From positions 1 to 29,846 of the forward strand of contig JANOTL010000072.1 of assembly GCA_031416315.1 (NCBI GenBank): a stretch of DNA of 29,846 nucleotides, in the 5' to 3' direction. The first letter of the stretch is position 1; each line of letters starts with the position of its first letter. Both the position numbers and the translations under genes were made by a program. The notes under the pieces were generated by a model. That model had not been told where the DNA came from. It was given only the letters and a program-made list of their open reading frames with translations, and ran no database searches. This DNA is from Pseudomonadota bacterium (GTDB taxonomy: Bacteria; Bdellovibrionota_B; Oligoflexia; Oligoflexales; CAIYRB01). Positions 17,995 through 27,397 of the stretch are shown one piece after another.

Positions 17995-20096
17995 CGATGG
18001 GGTTCCTTCCTACTGAACCGGAAGAGCAAGGCATAGAATAGCGCAGACCCGGCGCCCGCGGTGACGACGAAACCGAGGTCGCGGAGGAGCGGGTGCCGCG
18101 CGGCGCACAGGACGCCGAAGCTGGCGACCGTCCCGAGGCCGGTCAGGAGGACCTTGCTCATCTCCTCGTCGCGCCAGTCGGACGAGACGGCGATCGCGGT
18201 GTAGTCGACGGCGAGCGCGATCACGAGGGCGAAGCCCATGAAATGTACGACGGTGAGTGAGCGGTCGAACGCGGCGCCGAGGGCGCAGGTGGAGGCCGCG
18301 AAGACGGCAAGCGGCGAAAAGATGTAGAGCACCGACCAGAAATTGCGCTGCAGCGGGATCAGGTACAGGGCCATCGCGCCGAGGCCGACCAGGAAGAGGA
18401 GCCCGAGCTCGCGACCGAGACCAGTGAGGAGCTCGTCATAATGGCGACGCGGGCTGACCGGAACCGCGTCAGGCGCCCTTTCGGCGCTCGGCCGGGCGAT
18501 GAAGAGGAAAGGGCGGCCGGCGACGGTCGCGTGCCAAGGCAGGGCGCCGGGCGAAGACAGGGCGTCCAGAGCCCGCAGAAAATCCGGCGCGGCCAGCGCG
18601 GCCGGCGGCGCCTCGGGCGCGAAGGTGAAGCGAAAGCCCGCGCCTTCGAACGCGGCCGCGAGCTTTTGCATCTGGGGCGCGTAGTCGCGCTCGAGGACGG
18701 CCAGGGTCGGCGCTTGCTCCGGCGCCGGCTTATAGACCTTCAGCGGATGAAAGGAGTCGGGAGCGCGCACCTCGAGCCACTTCGCGTAGGGATCCGCCGC
18801 GCCGAGCTCGACGGCGCGGACGTCGGTCAGGTCGATCGAAGGCATCAGCGCCTGGAAGTGCGCGACGTCGGCGTCGAGCCGAGGCGTGGGGACCTTGAAG
18901 GCGTCGACGCTCGTCTTGATCTCCGGCAGTCCGAAGAGGAGCGCGGCGGCGATCGAGCCGACCCAGAGGCCGACGAGGGAGAGCTTGCCGAAGCGGAGCT
19001 TGGGCCAGCGGAGGGTGCGCACCTTCACCGTCGCCAGCGTCTTCTGATTGGCGAAGAGGAAAAGGAGGAAGCCGGCCATGCCGCCGAGCGAGACCAGCGC
19101 CATTTGCTGGATGATCGGCGAGCCGCTGGGCAGGAGCACGAGGAAGCCGATGAGCGTCGTGCCGATGGCGGAGCCCAGCCCGATCATCGCGCGCTTGAGG
19201 CGGCCGAAGTCCAAGCCTGAGAGGTGGACGAGGTACTCATTGTTGAAGCCGATGAAGGTCGACGTGAAGGCGAGGACGAGCGCGTAGACCTCGGTGCCGG
19301 CGAGGCGGACGGCGGCAAGGCCGAAGACATAGGAGACGCCGGAGCCGACGAGGAGGAGGACGAGGAAGACCAGGCGGCGCACGAAGACGGCAAACAAAAT
19401 CAGATTTAATGGAATCGAGACGAGAAGGCAGAACTCGACGTCGCTTTTGACGGTGAGGTAGTTCTCGTAAGCGAAAAAGTCGCCGCCGACGAAGTGGATG
19501 GCCGGTCGCAGGGCCTCCAACTCGGCGTACGCTGCGCCGATCTTCGCGTAAGCGGGGCGCGACGCGCCGGGAGGAAGGACGAAGGTGACGATCCGCGCGG
19601 GCCGCGTTTTTGGCGTCAACGGCGCGAGCAGGTTCGCTGCGAGAAAGGGCCCGAAGAGGAACGGATCGCGCTCCATCTCGCGCAGGAGGGCTACGCCTCC
19701 GGGGAGGGCCGCGGCGGCGCGAGCGTCGGCGACGCGTGCGTTGATCTCCACGTCGCTCAGGCGTTTCTCCACGAGCGCGGCCGGGAGAAGCGGGACGAGG
19801 GCGAGCGGCGAGATCGCGTCCTTCGGCGGGCCGCCGCTTTGCACGTAGCCGATGGCGCCGAGCGCGGTGATCACCGCCTGGCGCGCCGGCTGGTCGAGCT
19901 CGGAGGCGTCGACGAAGACGCGGCCTTGGAAGGGGCTCCTCTCTTGGAAGAACTTGAACAGCGCGTGACGGATCGGGTCGGCGTCGCGAAGGGTGGCGAC
20001 CGGATCCTCTTGGACCTCGAGGCCGCGGCCGAGGGTCAAGGCGAGGAGCGCGCAGACCAAAACGAAGGCCAGGGAAACGAGGGCCGTGCGCTTCAT
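17991..20096 (-). CDS. MMPL/RND-family exporter (ApeM-like)
   Basis: Two blocks of TM helices separated by soluble loops. RDPF, GFNNEY, TTLIGF..L, LAVDY and HPLLRDLG motifs. Confidence 0.85.
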   Translation of the reverse strand: MKRTALVSLAFVLVCALLALTLGRGLEVQEDPVATLRDADPIRHALFKFFQERSPFQGRVFVDASELDQPARQAVITALGAIGYVQSGGPPKDAISPLALVPLLPAALVEKRLSDVEINARVADARAAAALPGGVALLREMERDPFLFGPFLAANLLAPLTPKTRPARIVTFVLPPGASRPAYAKIGAAYAELEALRPAIHFVGGDFFAYENYLTVKSDVEFCLLVSIPLNLILFAVFVRRLVFLVLLLVGSGVSYVFGLAAVRLAGTEVYALVLAFTSTFIGFNNEYLVHLSGLDFGRLKRAMIGLGSAIGTTLIGFLVLLPSGSPIIQQMALVSLGGMAGFLLFLFANQKTLATVKVRTLRWPKLRFGKLSLVGLWVGSIAAALLFGLPEIKTSVDAFKVPTPRLDADVAHFQALMPSIDLTDVRAVELGAADPYAKWLEVRAPDSFHPLKVYKPAPEQAPTLAVLERDYAPQMQKLAAAFEGAGFRFTFAPEAPPAALAAPDFLRALDALSSPGALPWHATVAGRPFLFIARPSAERAPDAVPVSPRRHYDELLTGLGRELGLLFLVGLGAMALYLIPLQRNFWSVLYIFSPLAVFAASTCALGAAFDRSLTVVHFMGFALVIALAVDYTAIAVSSDWRDEEMSKVLLTGLGTVASFGVLCAARHPLLRDLGFVVTAGAGSALFYALLFRFSRKEPHR

Positions 20097-20620
20097 GGCT
20101 TCGTCTTGCGCGGGGCCAACTCGAGCTTGGTGAAGGCGAGCTTCGTGATCTCGTTGTCGGCGGTGACCGTGAGGTGGCGGATATTGAGCGCGGCGTCGAA
20201 CTCGAGCGCGAGCTCCTTGATCATTCCAAGCTGGGACTCCGGCCGCGGCGTGGCGATCAGGCGCTCGCCGACGACCGTGAGGACGAAGTCTCTTTCCAAC
20301 GCGGGAAAATCGACCGCGGCCAGGGCCTTCAGGAAACTGAGGAGCGCCGTGGTCTTCGGGCCGTCGGGAAGGCTCCCGGCCTCGCCCGCGATGCGCGCGC
20401 CGCGCTCGTCGAAGATGACGGTCGAGGCGACGGGCTCTTGGACTTCCCAGCGGACGGTCGCGCCCTTCACCGAGAGGTGCACCTTGCTCACGAGCGGCTT
20501 GACGAGATAGGGGCTTTCTTTCGTCTGGACGATGTCGGCCTCGATGCCGTCGTGCGCGGCGTAGCGCTCTTTGACGGCGGCGAGCGTCAGCGCGGCGGCG
20601 ATGAGAACCGAGAGATTCAT
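20093..20620 (-). CDS. LolA-like lipid/lipoprotein carrier (ApeL-like)
   Basis: Short signal, ADIVQTK..L.KPLVS, VRWEVQEP, DF.AL..DF motifs. Confidence 0.8.
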   Translation of the reverse strand: MNLSVLIAAALTLAAVKERYAAHDGIEADIVQTKESPYLVKPLVSKVHLSVKGATVRWEVQEPVASTVIFDERGARIAGEAGSLPDGPKTTALLSFLKALAAVDFPALERDFVLTVVGERLIATPRPESQLGMIKELALEFDAALNIRHLTVTADNEITKLAFTKLELAPRKTKP

Positions 20621-21051
20621 GGCGCGGTCGCCATCGCGGAGCGCAGGCGATCTTCGATCGCGGGCGGCAGCGACAGCGCCGTCTCCATGGTTTCCAGCGA
20701 GACGTAGGCCTGCTTTGTGTTGCCGGTGGCGTAGATCGTCGCGCCGTCGAGGCTCACGATCTCGTAGTCGATCATGAGCGCGGGGAGCAGGGGCTCGCGG
20801 ATGCGGGCTTTCAGCAACACTTCGTCGCCATAAAGGAGCGGACGGCGGAACTTCGCGTCGGCACCGATGACCGGCATGCCGAAGCCCAAATCCCGGACCT
20901 CCGGGAAATCGAGGCGCAGGGCCCGTGCCATCGCGGTGCGCGCCAGCTCGAAATACTTGAAGTAGTTGCCGTGCCAGACGATGCTCATCGAGTCCACGTC
21001 GTGGAAGGCCACGACGTGGCGAACGGAGGCGTCGAGCTCTTTGCGGCTCAC
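20617..21051 (-). CDS. Acyl-CoA/ACP thioesterase, 4HBT hotdog family (ApeK-like)
   Basis: FHDVDSMSIVWHGNYFKYFELAR. The GTG at 21051 overlaps the lyase stop (GTGA). Confidence 0.9.
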   Translation of the reverse strand: MSRKELDASVRHVVAFHDVDSMSIVWHGNYFKYFELARTAMARALRLDFPEVRDLGFGMPVIGADAKFRRPLLYGDEVLLKARIREPLLPALMIDYEIVSLDGATIYATGNTKQAYVSLETMETALSLPPAIEDRLRSAMATAP

Positions 21052-22619
21052 GCGGGCGCCCGCGGGGCGAAGAGCATGGCGCCGACGGCGCCGATCTCCC
21101 GGTCCAGGGCCCGGTCCTCGACCATGGCTTGAAAGTGCGTGCCGATCTCCTCGAGGAGCCGGGCGGCGGCGGGATTCAGGCGCCCATCGGCGTCGCCTTC
21201 GCGGGCGACGTAGAAACCTTGGCGCAAAGCCATCGCGTGGATCGCCAGGCCGTCGCGCGCCATTGCGGTGATGACGCGCAGATCGCGAGCGGCGATCGTG
21301 CCCATGCTGACGACGTCCTGGTTGGAGGACTCCGTCGGGCGGGAGAAGACGCTCATCGGCATCGACTGCTTGGCGCATTCCGCGGCGAGCGCCGAGAGCG
21401 TGATCTGCATGGCCTTGAAGCCGTGGTGCAGGGTCGACTCCGCGCCGAGGGCGCGCTCCGCGACCAGGTTCTCGGGGAGCCGGCCGTGGTGCCTTCGGTC
21501 GAGGAGGAGCGCGAGCTGGCGGTCGGCGAGGTTGACGACGTTGGCGACCGCAGTTTTCAAGGCATCGCAGGCGGCGGCGATGTGGCCGCCGAAAAAGAGG
21601 CCGCCGTTTAGGATCTCACCCCCCTCGCCGGCGCGGTCCAGGACGACGGGGTTGTCGTTCACCGAATTGATCTCGGTCTCGATCCAGGTCTTCGTCATCG
21701 CCAGCACGTCGTAAAGGACGCCGATCACCTGCGGAGCGCAGCGGACGGAGTAAGCGTCTTGGATCTCGGCGCGCTCGCCGTCCTTCGTCGCGCGGTGGTA
21801 GCGCGTCTCGGGGCGGGCGAGGAAGGCCGTGATGCGGCGCGCGGCCTCGAGCTGGCCGGGATGCGGCTTTTGCGCGTTGACGAGGTCGGTGAAGGGCGCG
21901 CTGCGCCCTTCGAGCAGCTCGACGAGGAGGCCGGTGAGCTCGCTGGCGCGGTCGGCCAGGGCCTTGGCCTCGCTCCAGGCGAGCGCGGCGAGGCCGGTCA
22001 TCGCGGAGGTGCCGTTCATGATGGCGAGGGCTTCCCGCTCTTTCAGCTGATATGGCGCGACGCCTTCCGCGGCGAAGGCGGCGGCGGCCGTGGTGATCTT
22101 GCCGTGATGATAGACGTCGCGCTCCCCGGCGAGGGCGCCGGCGACGTAGGAAAGCGGCGTGAGATCGCCGCTGGCGCCGACGGAGCCTTGCGCCGGGATC
22201 GCGGGGATCACGCGCTTCTCCAAACAAAGCTCGAGACGCTCGAGCAGCTCGATGCTGACGCCGGAGACGCCGCGCGCAAGGCAGTTCAAGCGCACCAGGA
22301 GGATCGAGGCGCAAGCCTCCTCCGCGAGGAGCGGGCCGACGCCGCAGCCGTGGTACCGCGAGAGGTTCAGCGAAAGGCGACGGGCGGCGGCGGCGTCGAC
22401 GTGATTGCGCGACGAGCTGCCGAAGCCTGTGGTGACGCCGTAGATGTCGCCGCCCTTGGCGATGCGCGCCTCGAGGTAATGGCGGTTCTCGCGGATACGC
22501 GCGCGAAAGGCGGCGTCCGCAGACAGCTTCGGCGCGGGGCCGAGGCGGTGCGCGTAGGCGGTGATCTCCTCAACGGAGAGCCGGCTCTCGCAATCGATTT
22601 TCACGGGCTTCTTCGTCAA
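21048..22619 (-). CDS. Aromatic amino acid ammonia-lyase (HAL/PAL/TAL family, MIO-dependent)
   Basis: IYGVTTGFG, GSVGASGDL (MIO-forming ASG), IMNGT, QDAYSVRC.PQ, NSVNDNP, NQDVVSMG. The TTG start is uncertain. Confidence 0.93.
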   Translation of the reverse strand: MTKKPVKIDCESRLSVEEITAYAHRLGPAPKLSADAAFRARIRENRHYLEARIAKGGDIYGVTTGFGSSSRNHVDAAAARRLSLNLSRYHGCGVGPLLAEEACASILLVRLNCLARGVSGVSIELLERLELCLEKRVIPAIPAQGSVGASGDLTPLSYVAGALAGERDVYHHGKITTAAAAFAAEGVAPYQLKEREALAIMNGTSAMTGLAALAWSEAKALADRASELTGLLVELLEGRSAPFTDLVNAQKPHPGQLEAARRITAFLARPETRYHRATKDGERAEIQDAYSVRCAPQVIGVLYDVLAMTKTWIETEINSVNDNPVVLDRAGEGGEILNGGLFFGGHIAAACDALKTAVANVVNLADRQLALLLDRRHHGRLPENLVAERALGAESTLHHGFKAMQITLSALAAECAKQSMPMSVFSRPTESSNQDVVSMGTIAARDLRVITAMARDGLAIHAMALRQGFYVAREGDADGRLNPAAARLLEEIGTHFQAMVEDRALDREIGAVGAMLFAPRAPA

Positions 22620-24279
22620 GCGCTACCAGAGTTCCCCAGAAAGGGAAGAAGTTGAACCAGTGACGCGGGTCGCGCCGTACGTGCTGCTCGAAACGCGCCG
22701 TGAAGCGACGCGCGAGCTCGGCGCTCTTCATTTCGCCCTGACCGTGCCAAATCTCGTCGATATATATCACATAGGGCGATTTCGGGCGAAAGGCGCGCTT
22801 CAGGCAGAAAAACGAGTGCACCGGGCAGCCGAACCGCGCCGCGAGCTCGAAGGGGCCGCGCGGGAAGACGGCGGCTTGGTCGAGGAAAGGCAGCGTGATC
22901 TGGCTCTCCGGCTCCTCCGCCCGGGCGCCGCGGTCGCCGAGGAAGCAGAGGAGGCCGCCGGCGTCGAGGACCGCCTTCGCCTTCAGGATGAAGTCGAGGC
23001 CGCCGTTCGTGTCGATGAGCTCGAAGCGGCCTTTGGAGCGCTCGCGCACCAGGGCTTGGTAGCGCGGCGAGCGGCTGAGATCCATGACGACGCCGATCTT
23101 CTGGCCGAATTTTTCGGCGATGGCGGAGCCGCAGAAGGTCCAGTCGCCGAAATGCGCCCCCACCAGGATCGCCGGGCCTTCGGGACGCTTCGGACGGTTG
23201 GCGATGGTGACGGCGGAGAGCGCGGGGAAACGGCCGCGGGCCAGCGCCAGGCGGTCGATGAGGGAGGCGCCGAAGAAGAGGAAGTTGCGGTAGGAGCGGA
23301 AGAACCGCGGCTCAGGCGACTCGGGTTCCAGGTGCGCGTAGAAGTCGTCGATGGCGGCGCGGGCGTTGCGGCCGAAAAGGCAGAAGACGAGGAGCACGAC
23401 CGGGGCGAAGAGGTAGCAGACGTAGGGGCCAAAAAGCCGCATGCAAAGGCCGAGAAGCGCGGCGCCGGGCGTCTCGCGGACGCGGGCCGTGCCCTGGGCA
23501 CGGCGCAAGATCTTCGCTAAGCGCGCCGCCATCCCGTCCTTCGAGGCGCCGGTCAGGATCGAGAGGATGCGCATGATCACGAGGCGCGTGTGCAGCTTCG
23601 TGAGGAGGACGTTGTCTTTCCACTGGTCGAAGTGCGTGACGCGCTCTTCGCGCAGCGGGTAAAAGACCGAGACCTGCTCGCTACAGACGGGCGTGCCGCG
23701 CCAGATGGCGCGCACCAGCACCTCGATCTCGAAGTCGTAGCGCGAGGTGGTGAAATCGCCGAGCGGCAGGCGCGCGACAGGATAGGCGCGAAAGCCCGAC
23801 TGCGTGTCGGGAAGGTGCACGCCGGTCTCGACCCAGACCCAGAAGTTGGAGATGGCGCGGCCGAAGAGCGACGCGCCGGGGACGTCGCCCGCGACCTCGC
23901 GGCGCATGTCGCGCGCGCCGATGACGATGTGGCCGCGGTGCGTGTCGAGTTTCTTAAGGATCTTCGGCAGGTCCTCGGCGCGGTGCTGGCCGTCGGCGTC
24001 CATGACGATGACGTTCTCGAGGCCGTGCTCGCGGGCGTAGGCGAAGCCGGTGTGCAGGGCCTTGCCTTTGCCGGCGTTCTTTGGATGGCGCAAAACCTCG
24101 AGCCAGGGGTAACGCGCGAGGATCGCCGCCGTGCCGTCGGTGCAACCGTCGTCGACCACGACCACGCGCGCGAGGCGCGGGACGTGCGGCGCGATCTCGT
24201 CGAGGACGCCGCCGATGGCGTCCGCATTGTTATAGGTCGGTAGGAGCAGCATCGTGCTGCGCCGCTCAAGGGGTTCCAT
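22570..24279 (-). CDS. GT2 glycosyltransferase fused to an LpxL-like acyltransferase (ApeJ-like)
   Basis: PTYN, VVVDDGCTD, N.GKG.A, MDADGQH, DTQSGFRAYP and FEIEVLVR. The C-terminal half has GAHFGDW, LGDR, FP.GPF and P.HWFNFF. Confidence 0.92.
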   Translation of the reverse strand: MEPLERRSTMLLLPTYNNADAIGGVLDEIAPHVPRLARVVVVDDGCTDGTAAILARYPWLEVLRHPKNAGKGKALHTGFAYAREHGLENVIVMDADGQHRAEDLPKILKKLDTHRGHIVIGARDMRREVAGDVPGASLFGRAISNFWVWVETGVHLPDTQSGFRAYPVARLPLGDFTTSRYDFEIEVLVRAIWRGTPVCSEQVSVFYPLREERVTHFDQWKDNVLLTKLHTRLVIMRILSILTGASKDGMAARLAKILRRAQGTARVRETPGAALLGLCMRLFGPYVCYLFAPVVLLVFCLFGRNARAAIDDFYAHLEPESPEPRFFRSYRNFLFFGASLIDRLALARGRFPALSAVTIANRPKRPEGPAILVGAHFGDWTFCGSAIAEKFGQKIGVVMDLSRSPRYQALVRERSKGRFELIDTNGGLDFILKAKAVLDAGGLLCFLGDRGARAEEPESQITLPFLDQAAVFPRGPFELAARFGCPVHSFFCLKRAFRPKSPYVIYIDEIWHGQGEMKSAELARRFTARFEQHVRRDPRHWFNFFPFWGTLVALDEEARENRLREPALR

Positions 24280-25933
24280 ACGCGAGCGTTCCCCTTGAAT
24301 AGAGCTGCGCCTGATCTTCGAACGACCAGCGCGCTTCGGCGCAGTCGACCTCGATGGTTGCGCGGAAGGTCGTCTGCGGCTTCAGGATCGCCGTGAATTT
24401 CGTACGCTCGACGCGGGTGAGCGCGACCGTGCGTCCGAGCGCCTCGCTCAGGAGCCGAAGGACCAAGTCGACCTGGCTGATGCCCGGAAGGACGGGATAG
24501 CCGTCGAAGTGGCCGTCCAAATGCGGATGCCTTGCCGTCAGATGAACCTCCGCCGCAAGCTTCTGCGGCGTGGTCTCCGGCAACCAGCGGATGATCATGT
24601 CGTGGTGTGTGAGCATGGTGTGGGCTTCAGTCGACTCTATCAAGCGGTTGTACGCTTTGGCCAGGTCGCTGGCGAGCCACCTCGTGAACTTGGTCTGCAC
24701 CTCGTCGCGCAAGGCGCGGGCCGCGGCGGGCGAGGCCTCGCCCTGTGGCACGGGGATCTGCGGCATCAAATGCAGGGCGAAGTGGACCATGCCGAGCTCC
24801 GGCCGAAAATGCTCGCGCTTGTTGAAGAGCGGCTTGTCGGCGGTGACCAGCATCGGCGTGATCGGCACGCCGGACTCCAGGGCCAGGCGGAAGACGCCGG
24901 CTTGAAAGGGTCGGAGCGCTCCCGACTCGCTGCGCGTGCCCTCCGGAAAGACGACGAAGCGCTCGCCGGCGCGCAGCGCTTCGAGCGCCTTCATGAAGGC
25001 GAGCGTGCGCTGCTCCGGATCGTTCACGTCGATCGGGATGAAGCCGCAGGCTTTCACCATATGGCGCACCATCGGAATGCGCGCGTGCGTCGATTTCACG
25101 AAAGTGCCGACGTCGCGCACGTAGGCGAGCATGGTGATGATGTCGAACATGGAGATGTGGTTGGAAACGATGAGGCGCGGATCCTCGCTCGGCGCGTGGC
25201 GCTCCATCTTCACGTCGAGGAACCGCAGCACGTGGCGCAGATACCAGAGCACCCACGTGAAGGTGTAGCGCACCGCCTCGCGCGCGATGAGGCGCACGCG
25301 CAGCGGCTCGGCGTAAAAAATGAGGCGCACGACGGGGAGCGCCAGCATCGAAAGGAGGCAGGCGATGCCGAACAGGCCGAAGCCGACGCCCATTTTCACG
25401 CCGTAGATGAGGCGCCCGCGCAGCGTGACGAGGAGGAGGAAGCCGAGCCAAAGGTAGGAAAGGCCGCCGGACCACAAGAGCCACCATTCGAGCGGGCCGG
25501 TGAACACGAGCGCGAGCGAGACCAAGGTATTCAGCGCTAGACCGAAGACCCAAATCGGCAGCATGCGGCGCAGGTGGAGCCTTCGCGTGTCGTCGAGCTC
25601 GACGAAGCTCGCCGCGTATTGCTCGAGGATGTTCGCGCCGCCGCGCCAGGAGCTCCAGAACGCGGCCAGCGCCGTGGCCGAGAGCAGGAACGGGTAGAGG
25701 CGCGGCAAGTTCTCCGGCCTCGTCGCGGCGAGGGCTGCGCCGAGAAGGCCGACGCCGGTCAGGCTCGGGAGGAGGGTCCGCGGCGCGCGCCAGTCGAGGT
25801 GCAAGGCGACGGCGAGCGCTGCGAACGCAAGCTGCGCGGCGAGGGGCCAGCCCGCGCGGTGCATCAAGAAGACGCCGAACGGGAAGAGGATCAGGGCTGC
25901 CCGAGGGCTAATGTGTAGGCGCGGCTTTGTCAT
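24266..25933 (-). CDS. Fusion of a membrane protein (COG4648/ApeG-like), a lysophospholipid acyltransferase (ApeD-like) and a FabA/FabZ-like dehydratase (ApeI-like)
   Basis: N-terminal TMs with RLYP and WLLWSGGLSY. Then NHISMFD and FPEGTRS. Then DGHFDGYPVLPG.SQ, KF.A.LKP and SRG. Confidence 0.85.
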   Translation of the reverse strand: MTKPRLHISPRAALILFPFGVFLMHRAGWPLAAQLAFAALAVALHLDWRAPRTLLPSLTGVGLLGAALAATRPENLPRLYPFLLSATALAAFWSSWRGGANILEQYAASFVELDDTRRLHLRRMLPIWVFGLALNTLVSLALVFTGPLEWWLLWSGGLSYLWLGFLLLVTLRGRLIYGVKMGVGFGLFGIACLLSMLALPVVRLIFYAEPLRVRLIAREAVRYTFTWVLWYLRHVLRFLDVKMERHAPSEDPRLIVSNHISMFDIITMLAYVRDVGTFVKSTHARIPMVRHMVKACGFIPIDVNDPEQRTLAFMKALEALRAGERFVVFPEGTRSESGALRPFQAGVFRLALESGVPITPMLVTADKPLFNKREHFRPELGMVHFALHLMPQIPVPQGEASPAAARALRDEVQTKFTRWLASDLAKAYNRLIESTEAHTMLTHHDMIIRWLPETTPQKLAAEVHLTARHPHLDGHFDGYPVLPGISQVDLVLRLLSEALGRTVALTRVERTKFTAILKPQTTFRATIEVDCAEARWSFEDQAQLYSRGTLAYGTP

Positions 25934-26168
25934 GGTATCGGCGCACGAGCTGGTAGACGTCGTCCAGTGTCCGGATCGCCTGCAGCTCCGAATTCTCCGG
26001 CTTGATCTGGAACTCGCGCTGGAAAGAGATCACCAGGTCGATCGCGTCGAGGCTGTCCAGCCCCAAGTCTTCATAGAGGTTGGCCTCGGGCTTGAGCTGG
26101 CCTTCGTCGACCTCGAACAGCTTGAGAAAGATCTGGTTCACTTTTCCGTCGATGATGTTGGCGTCCAT
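25908..26168 (-). CDS. Acyl carrier protein
   Basis: EDLGLDSLDAIDL phosphopantetheine motif, acidic, 86 aa. The ATG at 26168 forms a TAATG overlap with the KS stop, with a GAGGA RBS. Confidence 0.93.
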   Translation of the reverse strand: MDANIIDGKVNQIFLKLFEVDEGQLKPEANLYEDLGLDSLDAIDLVISFQREFQIKPENSELQAIRTLDDVYQLVRRYHDKAAPTH

Positions 26169-27397
26169 TACTTCCTCAAGACGAGAGAGGCGTTGATCCC
26201 GCCGAAGGCGAAGCTGTTCTTCAGGACGGTGCGCACCGGGCCAGGACGCGGCGCGCCTTTGACGTAGGCGAGCGGAGCGCAGGCTGGGTCGACCGCGTCG
26301 AGGTGCAAGGTCGGCACGACGCGGGCGTCGCGGATCATGCCGAGGCAGGCGATGGACTCGACGACGCCGCAGGCACCCATCATGTGGCCGAAGTGCCCCT
26401 TCAGCGAGCTCACCGGCGTGTCGCGGCCGACGACGCGCTCGATCGCCTTCGACTCGGCGACGTCGCCGATCGCCGTGGCAGTGCCATGCGCATTCACGTA
26501 GTCGACTTCGCTCGCGGCGATGCCCGCGTCGCGGAGCGCGCCGCGCATCACTTTCTCCATGCCGTCGACGGAGGGGTTGGTCATGTGGTTCGAGTCGGTG
26601 TTGGTATGAAAGCCGAGCACTTCGGCGTAGATCTTGGCGCCACGCGCGACTGCCGCCGCGTAGTCCTCGAGGACGACGGTGCCGGCCCCCTCGCCGACGA
26701 CGATGCCGTCGCGGTCGGCGGCGAAGGGCCGCGGCGTCTCCTGCGGGCGATCGTTCCATTTCGTCGAGGTGGCGCGGAGGACGTCGAAGACGCCCGGGAT
26801 CGCGACGTGCAGCTCCTCGGCGCCGCCGCAGAGGACGCGGTCCAAAGTGCCGTGCTTGATCGCCTCGTAGCCGAAGCCGATCGCCTGGGTGCTCGCCGCG
26901 CAGGCGACGCAGCTGGCGATCACCCGCCCCTGCACGTTGAAGGCGACGGCGAGATTGGCCGCGCAGGTGTGGGACATGATCTGGAGGAAGGTCGTCGAGT
27001 TCACGCCCTCGGTGTAGGTCTTGGTCGCCATGATGCTGGCGAAATACTGGCCGAGCGCCGAGGTGCCGCCCATCGTCGAGCCGTAGGCGATCCCGGTGCG
27101 ATCGTCGCGGACGAGCGCGTCGGAGAGGTCGGCATCGCGGATCGCCTTGCCCGTCGCCGTGACGGCGAGCTGAGAGATGCGGCTCATCGAGCGGCGCTGC
27201 TGGCGCGGGATGCCGCTGCCGTCGAAGCCTTGCACCGGCGCGGCGACGCGCGTGGCGAGGCCGGTGCCTTCGGCCCATTCCGGCATGGCGACGACGCCGG
27301 AGACGCCCGCGTAGAGTCGCGCGAGGAAGCTCTCGAGCTCGTCGCCGAGCGGCGAGACGAGACCGACCCCCGTGATGGCGACACGGCGCGCGCTCAC
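26168..27397 (-). CDS. Beta-ketoacyl-ACP synthase (FabF/ApeR-like)
   Basis: RVAITGVG, catalytic C-H-H (ACAAS, NAHGT, KGHFGH), DGIVVGEGAG, NSFAFGG.NASL. Confidence 0.95.
   Translation of the reverse strand: MSARRVAITGVGLVSPLGDELESFLARLYAGVSGVVAMPEWAEGTGLATRVAAPVQGFDGSGIPRQQRRSMSRISQLAVTATGKAIRDADLSDALVRDDRTGIAYGSTMGGTSALGQYFASIMATKTYTEGVNSTTFLQIMSHTCAANLAVAFNVQGRVIASCVACAASTQAIGFGYEAIKHGTLDRVLCGGAEELHVAIPGVFDVLRATSTKWNDRPQETPRPFAADRDGIVVGEGAGTVVLEDYAAAVARGAKIYAEVLGFHTNTDSNHMTNPSVDGMEKVMRGALRDAGIAASEVDYVNAHGTATAIGDVAESKAIERVVGRDTPVSSLKGHFGHMMGACGVVESIACLGMIRDARVVPTLHLDAVDPACAPLAYVKGAPRPGPVRTVLKNSFAFGGINASLVLRK

Noticed and set aside
21048..22619. hutH histidine-utilisation assignment
   Set aside because: No hutU, hutI or hutG is nearby, the SH motif is absent, and the gene is embedded in the PKS operon.
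26169..27278. Apparent 456-aa ACP with a long N-terminal extension
   Set aside because: The Arg-rich extension is an alternate frame of the KS gene. The ACP has its own RBS and ATG at 26168.
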